IMG/VR virus record: IMGVR_UViG_3300033067_000342 | Span: 1 to 42,999 of that record | Strand: one strand, 5' to 3' | Length of the DNA: 42,999 nt | DNA from: a virus | Taxonomy: Duplodnaviria; Caudoviricetes | Shown here: positions 9,181 through 18,344 of the stretch, piece after piece | Numbering within the stretch: position 1 is the stretch's first letter | Layout of the letters: every line of letters begins with the position of its first letter | Made by a program: the position numbers and the translations under genes | The notes under the pieces: model-generated | The model's input: the letters and a program-made list of their open reading frames with translations, nothing else | Told to the model about the DNA's origin: nothing | Database searches by the model: none

Positions 9181-10497
9181 TTAACTCGTTGGTATGTCGA
9201 TGTAGAAATAGTCAAGTAACGCATCGCCAGTAGCATCGCCACTTGCAGCAGGGTCGCGCGACACTCTGAAGCGAACTGTATCTCCCGAAAGCCACCCTAA
9301 AGCGGAAGCAGTAGTAGACCAACCAACGGAAAACTGAGTTGTCGTTGTGCCAGCAAATGAAGTTGCCGCTGAATCGTATTCTGCGTATGTGCCCGTCCAC
9401 GATTCGGAATTAGCGGACTCTCGCTCACCAAATGTCCAAAGCACGTTGCCTGTTGTTGAGCTTCGCAATCCACCCACTGCGTTAAACAGCACCGTACCCG
9501 CTGTGTTGATGTTATACGGTACTTGAAATGAACCGTATGCGTAAGTCTCGGTCGTGTCGTCAAATCCACGGCACAAGCGGGCTGTGGTTGCATCACCCAG
9601 GTTAAGCAACGATGCGCCATTAGTGCCGATGGAATCGAGTGCCGTAGCGGAGAACATAACGCGAGCAGCAGTTGCGCCGCCACCACTGGCCGGAGTGGTC
9701 CATGCAAGGCCAGTTCCGCTGGTTGCCGTCAATACCTTTCCACTGGCACCCAGGTCAAGCTTGACAAGCAGTCCGCCTGCGCCGGTTCCAGCCAGAAGTT
9801 GGCCTGCTGTAAACGCGTCCCCTGTTAGCGACGAAAGGCCGTGCGTATGCGACGATGTTGCAAACGCAGATGCGTGACTGCCATCAAGTAAGTCTGCATT
9901 GAGATTCGTACATGCTGTCGTGCTATTGATAATAAGCGGCGCAGTTCCAGTCGTAACTGACGAACTAAACAACCGACCGACCACTATCCCGTAGGTACTC
10001 ACCGAGAATCGTGATGTACTCGTTTCGTCGAACGTCTCAATTGATTTACCGACAGTTCCGCCCTGAATGTTTAGCACAGCACCACTAGTAGTCGAGCTTC
10101 CTGCGCTCATTCCAAAACCAACGCCGCTCGTAGTTCCGACGCCAATATCGCTGAATGCGTGGGTATGCCCAGGCATGGACGGAGTGATCGAAGTGATCGC
10201 GCCACTTGTCGTCCAGCCAAGCACACTTCCGACAGCGCCTGCATTTACCTTGCTGAGCAGCCCGCCCGCGCCAGTGCCAGCGATCAACTGGCCAGCAGTG
10301 AATGTGTCGCCAGTAAGTGTGCTCAGCCCGTGAGTATGCGCAAGTGAAGGGTAGAACCCGTCTAGGTAGCTGCGAAGCTCACTCATTGTCAGCTTCGCAG
10401 ACGTACTGCCGCCAACACGACTCACGAGTAGCAAGTCGCCGCTGGCTAGGTTCGAGCCGAGCACCGCTGTGAAGTCTGAAAACTTTGCTGTTGCCAT
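9181..10497 (-). CDS. Tail fibre protein
   Basis: 438 aa, G/T/S/A-rich; three HTH(G/A) motifs, NLNADLLDG motif, and a duplicated HTHGLS.LTGD.FTAGQL.AGTGAGGLL segment. Confidence 0.75.
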   Translation of the reverse strand: MATAKFSDFTAVLGSNLASGDLLLVSRVGGSTSAKLTMSELRSYLDGFYPSLAHTHGLSTLTGDTFTAGQLIAGTGAGGLLSKVNAGAVGSVLGWTTSGAITSITPSMPGHTHAFSDIGVGTTSGVGFGMSAGSSTTSGAVLNIQGGTVGKSIETFDETSTSRFSVSTYGIVVGRLFSSSVTTGTAPLIINSTTACTNLNADLLDGSHASAFATSSHTHGLSSLTGDAFTAGQLLAGTGAGGLLVKLDLGASGKVLTATSGTGLAWTTPASGGGATAARVMFSATALDSIGTNGASLLNLGDATTARLCRGFDDTTETYAYGSFQVPYNINTAGTVLFNAVGGLRSSTTGNVLWTFGERESANSESWTGTYAEYDSAATSFAGTTTTQFSVGWSTTASALGWLSGDTVRFRVSRDPAASGDATGDALLDYFYIDIPTS

Positions 10498-10997
10498 TAC
10501 CGCATGGCTCCGTTAAGTCGATTTCGTGTCTTCTCAATAACATCCGCCTTTTCCTTTGGCTTCAGTTCTTTGAATCCTTCGACTGCATTGACTTCCCTGG
10601 CCAAGATATCTGGCGCGATCTCGTACGGCTTATCTTCGACTGAGATCAACGGAGGTGTGTAATTCACCTTGCCTTCGATCTTCCAGCCATTCTTGGCGCA
10701 CACATTCTTTGCGTCTGCGTAGTTGTCCACCAATGCCTGCGGGTCGAACTTCGTGGAGTAACCTTCCCGAACTAAGCTTGCCATGTATCGCTTACCATTC
10801 GGCTCAATGCCCATTGCGCGAGCTTCGCGAATGTACTTTTGGCGTAGCGATTCAGGCATGTCAGGGAACGGGTTTCCACTGGCAACGCCAGTCATTGATT
10901 CAGTCTTAGACCCCGGAGCTTGGCGGCATGCCAGCATCTCCGCCAGGGCCGGGCTGCATCCGTTGTTCAGGGCCTTCTGGTACAGGTTGTGGTCCAT
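10497..10997 (-). CDS. Hypothetical protein downstream of portal
   Basis: 166 aa; overlaps the portal 3' end by 92 nt; TAATG-coupled to the fibre gene. Confidence 0.55.
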   Translation of the reverse strand: MDHNLYQKALNNGCSPALAEMLACRQAPGSKTESMTGVASGNPFPDMPESLRQKYIREARAMGIEPNGKRYMASLVREGYSTKFDPQALVDNYADAKNVCAKNGWKIEGKVNYTPPLISVEDKPYEIAPDILAREVNAVEGFKELKPKEKADVIEKTRNRLNGAMR

Positions 10998-12996
10998 TGG
11001 GAGGTGGTCCTCTTAGGTCAGGTGCCAGCATGTTGTTCCAGCCCTTCATCGTGCTGGCTTCACCGGCCATTGAAATAAAGTTGTTCATCGCGGTCGGGTC
11101 GCCAGTCTGCTGCCACAGCCCGATGTAGGCTGGCAACAGAATCTGCGTCCACTTCTCCATGTCCTGAACCTGCTGGTCTCGATTCGGCTTGCGGGCCGAG
11201 CCAGACTCAACGCGATACTCCATTTCGGATGTGATCTTATCAATGTCGTCCGTGGACACAAGCTCCATCCACAGTTGCGTGAATGGACCCATTGCGCCAG
11301 GGACCATCATGCCACCGCCCATGTCGATCATCTGCGGTGCAGGCTCTCCAAACACTGGAGCAACGTCCTCGGCTGCCAGCAGGTAGCGATCCATGATCGC
11401 CTCCAGCTTGGCACCGGCGCTCATCCAGTCGTCGACGATATTGGCCATGTCTTCCGGTCGCACGCTGAGCATCTCTCGACGCACAGTCGCCTCGGCAGCG
11501 GATCGCATTTGGAAGCTAGTGCGACCGCTCATGTTGAGTTCAGTGACGCCAGTTGCATCCTCAAACTCTTTCTTCAGCACACCGAGCAGGTTCCACAGTT
11601 CGCCGTTTACTTCAGGCATCTTCAGGAAGTCGGCAAGCTGATTGACAGTGCCCGGGTGACTATTCTCGATTTCAAGAAGCTCAAGATCGCCACCATGTAG
11701 GATGCGATTCTTGATCTCTTCCTCAAGGTTCTTTGGAACCACGATGAACTGTCGACTCGTGATGCGTATTCGCGTCATGATAAACGACAGAATCCAGTTG
11801 ATACACTTCTGGTAGCCCATCGCTGGCGTGATGTGCGCCATGGCCCACGGAGATCGCGGCACCGGATGGAAACCGAGAAACACGCACGGCCACGGATTCG
11901 ATGTGTTCTGGTGAAATGGGGCGGCCCACTCCATTCGTCGAATCACTTCGTCGGTAACATCTGCTTCTGGATTGTTGACCACAGACTCTGGCAGGTTCAG
12001 CGGATACTCATGATCCGGCGAGACCGCAAGGAATACGTTTGCACCGAACTTATCAAGGGCTTCATTCTCCTTCTCAACGTCCTGATTCTGTAGTGATGCC
12101 TTGACACGGTGGCCAACTCCCATTCTCGAATAGATTTCATAGTACACAATCGTGTCCGTGCTCTTGTGTTTTGCAACGAACAGGTCTTCACGATTGCTTG
12201 AGTCTGCGTCTGAGCTTGGCGAGAACTTTTGCGACTTGAGTTCGCCTCGCTTGTATCCAAACTCGTCCTCAACCTCGTGGACAGGACGCTCTCGGCGTCT
12301 GGCGATCCACTTGGCGTCGTTGACGCTCTCAGCATCAGGGTCGATCAAGATGTGGTCAATCGACGTAAAGCCAAGGCCACTGACCTTGCTATTGCCTTCG
12401 CCAAATAGCTCACACCACAGGCAGCCCATACCCTTGATTAACGCCTCACAGACCGCCGTGCGCGCTCCGTCGCGGAGATTGACCTCGCCTGGAGAATAGT
12501 TCAAGACCCACTCGATCAGTCGAGCGCGAATCTCGTCTTCCATCTCCTTCTGGCTGTCCTGCTGATCCACCATCGGAGGAGGGATCATCTGGGATACCAT
12601 CTGCGGGTCAATGCCGTACTGCTGCGCAGCGGCAGTAGCCTGCTCAAGCATCTTTGCATACTGATACTTTGCAAGCAGCGCCTTTGGCAGGTTCGGCCTG
12701 CGGGCGTTCACGACACGGTTTGGGTTCCTGTGGTACAGGACCGGCAGGAAAATCTCCACCATATTCGAGACTAGATTCGCCGTAGCCTTGAACCCAGCGC
12801 CGTTGTCGCCCTGAAACTTAACCCTCAGTCCGCGAGAGCCTGCCGAGTACGCCTCATCATACATGAATGCGTGATCGTCACTGTAGAATCGCATGGCATC
12901 TTCAGCGGCACGACCGAACTTGTCGTACTTGTGCTTGCCAGCGACCTTCAGCAACTCCACCCAACGCTTGGTAATGTTGATGAGGGTTGTCGACAT
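10906..12996 (-). CDS. Portal protein
   Basis: 696 aa after TerL; ILIDPDA..V.DAKWIARR, FEDATGV, SAAEA, YRVESGS motifs and Pro/Gln tail like P22-type portals. Confidence 0.8.
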   Translation of the reverse strand: MSTTLINITKRWVELLKVAGKHKYDKFGRAAEDAMRFYSDDHAFMYDEAYSAGSRGLRVKFQGDNGAGFKATANLVSNMVEIFLPVLYHRNPNRVVNARRPNLPKALLAKYQYAKMLEQATAAAQQYGIDPQMVSQMIPPPMVDQQDSQKEMEDEIRARLIEWVLNYSPGEVNLRDGARTAVCEALIKGMGCLWCELFGEGNSKVSGLGFTSIDHILIDPDAESVNDAKWIARRRERPVHEVEDEFGYKRGELKSQKFSPSSDADSSNREDLFVAKHKSTDTIVYYEIYSRMGVGHRVKASLQNQDVEKENEALDKFGANVFLAVSPDHEYPLNLPESVVNNPEADVTDEVIRRMEWAAPFHQNTSNPWPCVFLGFHPVPRSPWAMAHITPAMGYQKCINWILSFIMTRIRITSRQFIVVPKNLEEEIKNRILHGGDLELLEIENSHPGTVNQLADFLKMPEVNGELWNLLGVLKKEFEDATGVTELNMSGRTSFQMRSAAEATVRREMLSVRPEDMANIVDDWMSAGAKLEAIMDRYLLAAEDVAPVFGEPAPQMIDMGGGMMVPGAMGPFTQLWMELVSTDDIDKITSEMEYRVESGSARKPNRDQQVQDMEKWTQILLPAYIGLWQQTGDPTAMNNFISMAGEASTMKGWNNMLAPDLRGPPPNGPQPVPEGPEQRMQPGPGGDAGMPPSSGV

Positions 12997-13424
12997 TAGT
13001 TGCTAAGCGCCTTTTCAGCCTTTTGTTTTGGAGTCAAGCTTTCACCGCGAGCCTCGGCGTCACGCCAGCCAGTGGTGTCCACTCGAACGCTTTTCGCCGG
13101 TGCTAGCGTCTGACTTGTCAGCGCAGCCTCCAGCGATTTCAGACGGTCCTCGATGTCCCGGTCCTTCTGGCTAATGCGGAATACTCCGCCCTCGCCGTCA
13201 GCGATCAGGTTGTTCAAGAACACAGGGTCTTTCAGTCTTTCGTCCTCTTCGTGGCGTACGCCAGAGCGAGGCGTAGCCTTGATGCTAGCGCCGTCCCAGT
13301 TCCAAACGAGGCATTCAAGAGTCTCATCCCCTGCATGCACAACCAACGCAGGGAAGTACGTGCCATAGCCAGGATGCGGTGCGTAATCAACAGTTTGGCC
13401 CTTGAGATGCGTAAAATCGGTCAT
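12996..13424 (-). CDS. Hypothetical protein
   Basis: 142 aa ORF coupled (TAATG) to portal. Confidence 0.55.
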   Translation of the reverse strand: MTDFTHLKGQTVDYAPHPGYGTYFPALVVHAGDETLECLVWNWDGASIKATPRSGVRHEEDERLKDPVFLNNLIADGEGGVFRISQKDRDIEDRLKSLEAALTSQTLAPAKSVRVDTTGWRDAEARGESLTPKQKAEKALSN

Positions 13425-13444
13425 TGCGTGGAGTCTCCGTGAAA

Positions 13445-13466
13445 AGTGGAATGCTTAGTTATATCA
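13445..13466 (-). promoter_or_regulatory. Candidate late promoter, copy 1 (TGATA-N11-TCCACT)
   Basis: Minus strand TGATATAACTAAGCATTCCACT; same spacing as the element at 25109-25130. Confidence 0.35.
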
Positions 13467-16217
13467 TCAACTATCATCAGTATTAAGCCACCTGGTGGAC
13501 GAACGAATCTTCTTTCGCTTCTCAAACTCCTTGTAGACCCGCAAATCCTGCGGAGTCAGGGCTATTGTGGATGATGGAGGCGCGTTGTAGTACAGCCCCT
13601 TTTCGTCGAAGAAAGCGCACATATACTCTAGGCAGTCGCACAAATCATGGACCGTTCGGCTCTCTCGGCGAGTGGTGTTGCGCTTGTCGTAATAGCGAGC
13701 AGTGACTTGATCGCAGGTCTTAGCCACACGCTCCAGGTGAAACTTGAGCTTGCCAGTATTCATCATTCGCTTGACAGACATCTCGCGGCTTTCCGGCACG
13801 TTGCACGCCCAGGTCCAGCCGTGCCCAGAAATTCTGCATGGGCGAATTCCAGATGCCTCAAAGCATTCGGTATAGTGGTCGCACACACGGTTAGACCGGC
13901 CCATCGACCGCTGGCCACCTGCCTGCTTGTCGATCAGGAATGCCTCGAACCGATGTCCCTTGCAAATTTCAGCGCACCGGCGAGCTAGCTGAGCAGCGTC
14001 TTCATTGCGGCACTCGACCTCATTGTAGATGTGCAGCGCATCGCACGACGGCGGCACAGCACCGAACAGGGCTGCTGCGTACTGTGAGCCTGGGTCAACG
14101 ACCATCACACGCATCCAGTCGTCTGGCGGCTCGAATGGGTGCGTTCCGTGATTAGTCTTCGAGAAAGTCGGGTACACGGCTCGGCCTTGGATCGCGTACT
14201 TTCCGTACCATCGAACCTGCAGAACGTCATCGCCGAGTGCCTGGTAGTCTCGGAATAGCGCGTCCTTTGCGGCTCTTGGGATGTATGGGTTGTCGTCGAT
14301 TAGCAGCGTGTATTCGCTGATTCCTTCCTCGCCAGCCAGCACACGCTTGTGCAATTCGTAGAACTGCGGCGTCGAGGACTGCGGCGTGGCCGACCACATG
14401 AAGATGCCATTGAACCGAAGTAGACGAGGTAGCGTCTCCTCAAACCACATCTTGTTCTCGATTTCCTCGTCGAAGTGCGCAAGGTGAAGCTGGATGCCCT
14501 GCTTCGGCCTGCCGTTCGATGTGCAGAACAGAATCTCAGTGCCGTTGTCTAGCTGCACAAAGCTGGGGATTGCCTCGGCTTTGCTCTTGTAGCTTATCGA
14601 CGCAAGCGAAGAGGCTGGCAATAGCGGAGGGGATGGTCGCCACTCTGACTTGCGAGACAAGTCAATCGGGCATGTCTCTTTTGGATTGTTTGGGTCTGGC
14701 CTAACTGACCGCCACGCGCCAGTAAGCTCGTCGCGAATAACCTCGAACGCACCTGGAACACACAACTTTCCCCAGATGACTCGACCGATTTGGTCTTCAT
14801 CGCGAGCAACAGAGACTACCTTTAGGTTGTCTTTGGGGAGCTTATTGAATGGGTCCATGCCTCGCACGATGCGGGCAAACTCGGCAACTGCGTGGACAGT
14901 GTTGTGCGTTACGATGAAGTCGCGAGTGATGTATGTGCTATCTGGCGAGTCGACAGTGATGCACGTGCAGTCTCCGACCACATCCGGCGTAATCGAGTGA
15001 ATCACCCGGTGTTTCGTGGTTGACTCCGGTGCTTTCCACAGCTTCGCCTTTCGCTCAAGCTTGAATGGGCAGTGGTGCGGCATTCGCACAGTCATCACGG
15101 TGCTTGGTCGACCTTCTTTCTTTATACCCTTGTGGGTGTATTTAGTGACTCGCCAGCGGGCCTTGCACTTGCCACCAAGCGATCTCACTAGAAACTCCAT
15201 ATCCCTTGCCAGTTGCGGAGAAGTCGTGGTGAATGTGGCGATCCCGCTTTTATCGGCGCGATTGCCGACAGTTCCATCAGTGTCCATGAGTCCGCGAAGT
15301 AGCTCAAGCCGGTTCTCGTACGAATCGTATAGGTACTCTTCCGGGATATGCTTCTCGTAAGATCGCTTGCCCTGCAGACCAAGGCTTCGCATGTACGGAA
15401 CCATACCCCTGATTCGATAGCTAATTTTGCTCGCCAACTTAATTGAGCATTCCGGCGGGATCAGTGACTCAACTGATCTGAGTATCTCATCATCTGCAGT
15501 AGTTATCATGACAACATTATTCGACATCCCTCCGTCGCCAATCAGACACCCAAGAAGATACGGATGGATGGCATGTTCTCGTTTTGAGAACTGAACATCG
15601 CAGACAGGAATTACGGCGCGATCGATTGGCGGTATGACGCCATCGGCCTTGCAAGAACCCCGGAGCGAGTCTGTATCAACAACGCTCCAAGTCTCGTTGC
15701 CACGATTCTTGCCAAATCTGGCTGGGCCTTCGCACACCTTCCAAAGATGCTCGCCACCACAGACAGTGCTGGTGCCTTCGTCGAATGTGACGCGATATGT
15801 CTGCTTGTTCTTGTGCTTAAAGACGGCAGTTACTTTGCATTCGCATCCATCGCCGCCGATGATTGCATCGCCAGGAGCTAGTTCTCCAATCGGCCTCCAG
15901 CCAGATGGAGTCAGCACTGGCTCGCTGTCTAACTGCATCTTGCCTGCTTGGTTGCTCCCAGCCAGCAAGCGGATTCGATCCATCGACGAGTAGAAGTCCT
16001 CGACAGATGGCAGTGGCTTAAAGCATGTGAGAGCATCCTTCATTGACGCTGCGTACGCAGATAGCACGCGCAGTGCGTACTCCGCGTACTGCTTCGGCAT
16101 GAAGCCATCGACGAGAAGGTTCGATGGCGCTGACTTGCGTTCGCGCGGAAGCTCCCGCTTCGCCTCCGGTGGCGTAAGCTCGCGAATCTTATCGAGAGAT
16201 AAGTACTGGTTAATCAA
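13467..16217 (-). CDS. terL: Terminase large subunit containing an intein
   Basis: Walker A GSNQAGK|T split by the intein; Walker B AHFDEE; SATP motif; nuclease VVDPG and HDLCDCLEY. Confidence 0.9.
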   Translation of the reverse strand: MINQYLSLDKIRELTPPEAKRELPRERKSAPSNLLVDGFMPKQYAEYALRVLSAYAASMKDALTCFKPLPSVEDFYSSMDRIRLLAGSNQAGKMQLDSEPVLTPSGWRPIGELAPGDAIIGGDGCECKVTAVFKHKNKQTYRVTFDEGTSTVCGGEHLWKVCEGPARFGKNRGNETWSVVDTDSLRGSCKADGVIPPIDRAVIPVCDVQFSKREHAIHPYLLGCLIGDGGMSNNVVMITTADDEILRSVESLIPPECSIKLASKISYRIRGMVPYMRSLGLQGKRSYEKHIPEEYLYDSYENRLELLRGLMDTDGTVGNRADKSGIATFTTTSPQLARDMEFLVRSLGGKCKARWRVTKYTHKGIKKEGRPSTVMTVRMPHHCPFKLERKAKLWKAPESTTKHRVIHSITPDVVGDCTCITVDSPDSTYITRDFIVTHNTVHAVAEFARIVRGMDPFNKLPKDNLKVVSVARDEDQIGRVIWGKLCVPGAFEVIRDELTGAWRSVRPDPNNPKETCPIDLSRKSEWRPSPPLLPASSLASISYKSKAEAIPSFVQLDNGTEILFCTSNGRPKQGIQLHLAHFDEEIENKMWFEETLPRLLRFNGIFMWSATPQSSTPQFYELHKRVLAGEEGISEYTLLIDDNPYIPRAAKDALFRDYQALGDDVLQVRWYGKYAIQGRAVYPTFSKTNHGTHPFEPPDDWMRVMVVDPGSQYAAALFGAVPPSCDALHIYNEVECRNEDAAQLARRCAEICKGHRFEAFLIDKQAGGQRSMGRSNRVCDHYTECFEASGIRPCRISGHGWTWACNVPESREMSVKRMMNTGKLKFHLERVAKTCDQVTARYYDKRNTTRRESRTVHDLCDCLEYMCAFFDEKGLYYNAPPSSTIALTPQDLRVYKEFEKRKKIRSSTRWLNTDDS
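14901..15938 (-). mobile_element. Class 3-type intein (346 aa) with LAGLIDADG endonuclease in TerL
   Basis: Starts MQLDSEPVLTPSGW; block B GEHLW; block F CTCITV; ends IVTHN|T; LLGCLIGDG and LRGLMDTDG motifs. Confidence 0.85.
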
Positions 16218-16500
16218 GCTTTATAGTCCGAATGACCGCTTCTAGGTCTTCCTTGTCCATGCCAGCGAGTGGATCAGTTGGTCCGTTATCACATTCCTTG
16301 ACGAGATCAATAATCGAAGTGAGCATGCGGGCACGAACTTGCGTGCCAGGTTCCATCGTTTGGTACTCGGCGAACACTTCGTCAACGAGCTTATCCATGC
16401 CGCCAAATTTACCGACCATCTTCCGAGCGAGAGAGCTTACGCTCATCTCGTTCTCGGCCTTCTTAATCATGTCCTCGATTGACTGCGGCTTGCTGCTCAT
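16210..16500 (-). CDS. Probable terminase small subunit
   Basis: 96 aa helical protein from ATG 16500, directly upstream of and overlapping terL. Call is from position only. Confidence 0.45.
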   Translation of the reverse strand: MSSKPQSIEDMIKKAENEMSVSSLARKMVGKFGGMDKLVDEVFAEYQTMEPGTQVRARMLTSIIDLVKECDNGPTDPLAGMDKEDLEAVIRTIKLD

Positions 16501-16844
16501 TCTGCCTCCCATTCCAGTGCCTGCTTGCTCATCTCGGGCATGATCGTGGCAGACATCGGGTAATGCTCTGGGTACCACGTACACATCTGAGACGCGGCTT
16601 CTTTTGTGAGAATCTCCAGCCCCTTAGTCATCGGCCTCTTTGAGCCAATACCGTACAGGGCCATAGCCTTCATTATCAAGTCAGCGCACTTGTGATGCTG
16701 CGTGCCGGTCTTGTGGTCCCACGCCATGAGAAGCAGACGAACACATCGGCGAGCCGACTCTCGGCCAACGCGAAGCTGATGATTCGCTGGGTGCATGATC
16801 GGGCACATGCCAACGATGAAGTCCAAGAATTGACTGCAGTCCAC
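16497..16844 (-). CDS. Hypothetical protein
   Basis: GTG 16844 preceded by GGAGG; ATGA overlap with the next gene. Confidence 0.5.
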   Translation of the reverse strand: MDCSQFLDFIVGMCPIMHPANHQLRVGRESARRCVRLLLMAWDHKTGTQHHKCADLIMKAMALYGIGSKRPMTKGLEILTKEAASQMCTWYPEHYPMSATIMPEMSKQALEWEAE

Positions 16845-16845
16845 C

Positions 16846-17181
16846 TTAATCCTCCAGCAGCCACGATGTTTCAATCTCGTGCTTAATGGCCCCGAAAATA
16901 CTGTCCCGCTCCTCGCACCAAGTGCCTCCAGATATGTGCCAGCGTAGCACATGCGCCCACTCGTGCCACAATGTTTGCATGGTCTGGTCGACCGTTAAGT
17001 TGTTTCGTATCTTGATCGTCACGCTCGTAACGTGCCCATCCTCCATCGCAGCGAAAGACATACCAACGGAATCGGTCAGGCTCCCGGTCGGGGCGCACAG
17101 CATCACACGCACCGGCAGCCGTGTTGGCCACCTGCGGTTGAGCCACGCAATCCACTCTCGCAAAAGCTTCCTGTTGGTCAT
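16846..17181 (-). CDS. HExxH zinc metallopeptidase-like protein (ImmA/IrrE/SprT-like)
   Basis: TLWHEWAH motif preceded by IKIRNNL. Confidence 0.6.
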   Translation of the reverse strand: MTNRKLLREWIAWLNRRWPTRLPVRVMLCAPTGSLTDSVGMSFAAMEDGHVTSVTIKIRNNLTVDQTMQTLWHEWAHVLRWHISGGTWCEERDSIFGAIKHEIETSWLLED

Positions 17182-17477
17182 TTGCTTCCACTGATAGTCT
17201 CGCTCAGTTTATCCAAATGCTTGTACTGCTCAGCCGTATCGCCGATCAATCGACCGCGAATGCGAATTACCTCGACCTTGCCTCCAGGAATCGAGTCGAC
17301 ATATAGCCGCGTCTCGTCGCCTTCGGTGATCGGGATAATGATCGCCTTGCCGAGCGTCACTGCTGACGGAGGCACGGCTGATTGCGATACTGGTGGTGTG
17401 GATGGCTGGTGGTTAGCGAAGAATATCACCGCCATGCCTGCTGCGAATCCGATAAGCAACTCTTTCATTTTCGACAT
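17178..17477 (-). CDS. Membrane-anchored or secreted hypothetical protein
   Basis: N-terminal hydrophobic segment then a Pro/Ser linker. Confidence 0.55.
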   Translation of the reverse strand: MSKMKELLIGFAAGMAVIFFANHQPSTPPVSQSAVPPSAVTLGKAIIIPITEGDETRLYVDSIPGGKVEVIRIRGRLIGDTAEQYKHLDKLSETISGSK

Positions 17478-17620
17478 GCCTCAACTACTTTTGCGATTGC
17501 CAGCACGACCAGTGACACAGCGCCAATCACGATGCCAACAGCCACGGCCTGAACGCAGTCGACGATCTGCGGGATTAGGTGTAGGTACTCGCGAATCAGG
17601 TCTAGCACTGGATGGCTCAT
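17465..17620 (-). CDS. Small membrane protein (51 aa)
   Basis: Own translation MSHPVLDLIREYLHLIPQIVDCVQAVAVGIVIGAVSLVVLAIAKVVEACRK; ATGA coupling upstream. Confidence 0.5.
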   Translation of the reverse strand: MSHPVLDLIREYLHLIPQIVDCVQAVAVGIVIGAVSLVVLAIAKVVEACRK

Positions 17621-18045
17621 TTCGGTAGAACCGCAATTGGTTTGCGGTCATCCTTCATGATATCAAGAATTTGATTGATGTGTTTCTCGTTCTTTTCCCT
17701 GTCTTCCTTGAACGCCGCGATTACCTTGTCAAGCGACTTATCGTAGGCAACTGCCTGCTTCTCGTAGCCTGAGTTAATTTCCTGCAAGTGCGATGGTATC
17801 ACATGCTCTGCCGTGTAGTAACCTATGCCAAGCAGAACTATCATCACGACCACTGACAGCACGGCGACTGGTGGCTGGCCAAAGAGCCAGTTAGCACCAG
17901 CGCGAGCCACCTCTTCCGTCGCGTTTCCGAGTGCTTTGCTAGCGTCTGTCGTACTCACTAATCCTGCCTCCGACGAAGTACCTCCACCTTCCTTGGCAAT
18001 ATTACTGTTCGCTTTTCGTCCATCCATTGCCCGATGATGCGACAA
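17617..18045 (-). CDS. Single-TM plus coiled-coil protein, holin-like
   Basis: TM VAVLSVVVMIVLLGIGYY followed by a charged helical tail; start may be ATG 18027. Confidence 0.5.
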   Translation of the reverse strand: MSHHRAMDGRKANSNIAKEGGGTSSEAGLVSTTDASKALGNATEEVARAGANWLFGQPPVAVLSVVVMIVLLGIGYYTAEHVIPSHLQEINSGYEKQAVAYDKSLDKVIAAFKEDREKNEKHINQILDIMKDDRKPIAVLPK

Positions 18046-18320
18046 CGCGACGCAACGCGAATGCCTTCTTTGGTTTCTCTGTCAATCATGGGATGAGTCG
18101 AGATAGTTCGCACGTTCGTCTCCCACACGCCATTGCCTACCGAGTAATCCATGAACCAGCCGTTGATGCGATGCACCTCGTTGCCGCCCCATGCCGCCCA
18201 GTGATCGACATCCACAACGATGTCGCAGTGGTCTACGGCAATCGGGTGCCAGACGCTGCTAATCAGTACCATCAAGAAAGCAATCATAGAACTTGATAAC
18301 CACAGCGAACGAAAATACAC
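17958..18320 (-). CDS. Hypothetical secreted protein
   Basis: Hydrophobic N-terminus (MIAFLMVLISSV; probable ATG at 18287). Confidence 0.4.
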   Translation of the reverse strand: MYFRSLWLSSSMIAFLMVLISSVWHPIAVDHCDIVVDVDHWAAWGGNEVHRINGWFMDYSVGNGVWETNVRTISTHPMIDRETKEGIRVASRCRIIGQWMDEKRTVILPRKVEVLRRRQD

Positions 18321-18344
18321 CCACCAGGAAGCCAGCGATGAACA

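Noticed and set aside
9750-10345. Duplicated fibre segment as a DGR template/variable repeat pair
   Set aside because: Both copies are in frame in one gene, differences are not adenine-specific, and no reverse transcriptase is present.
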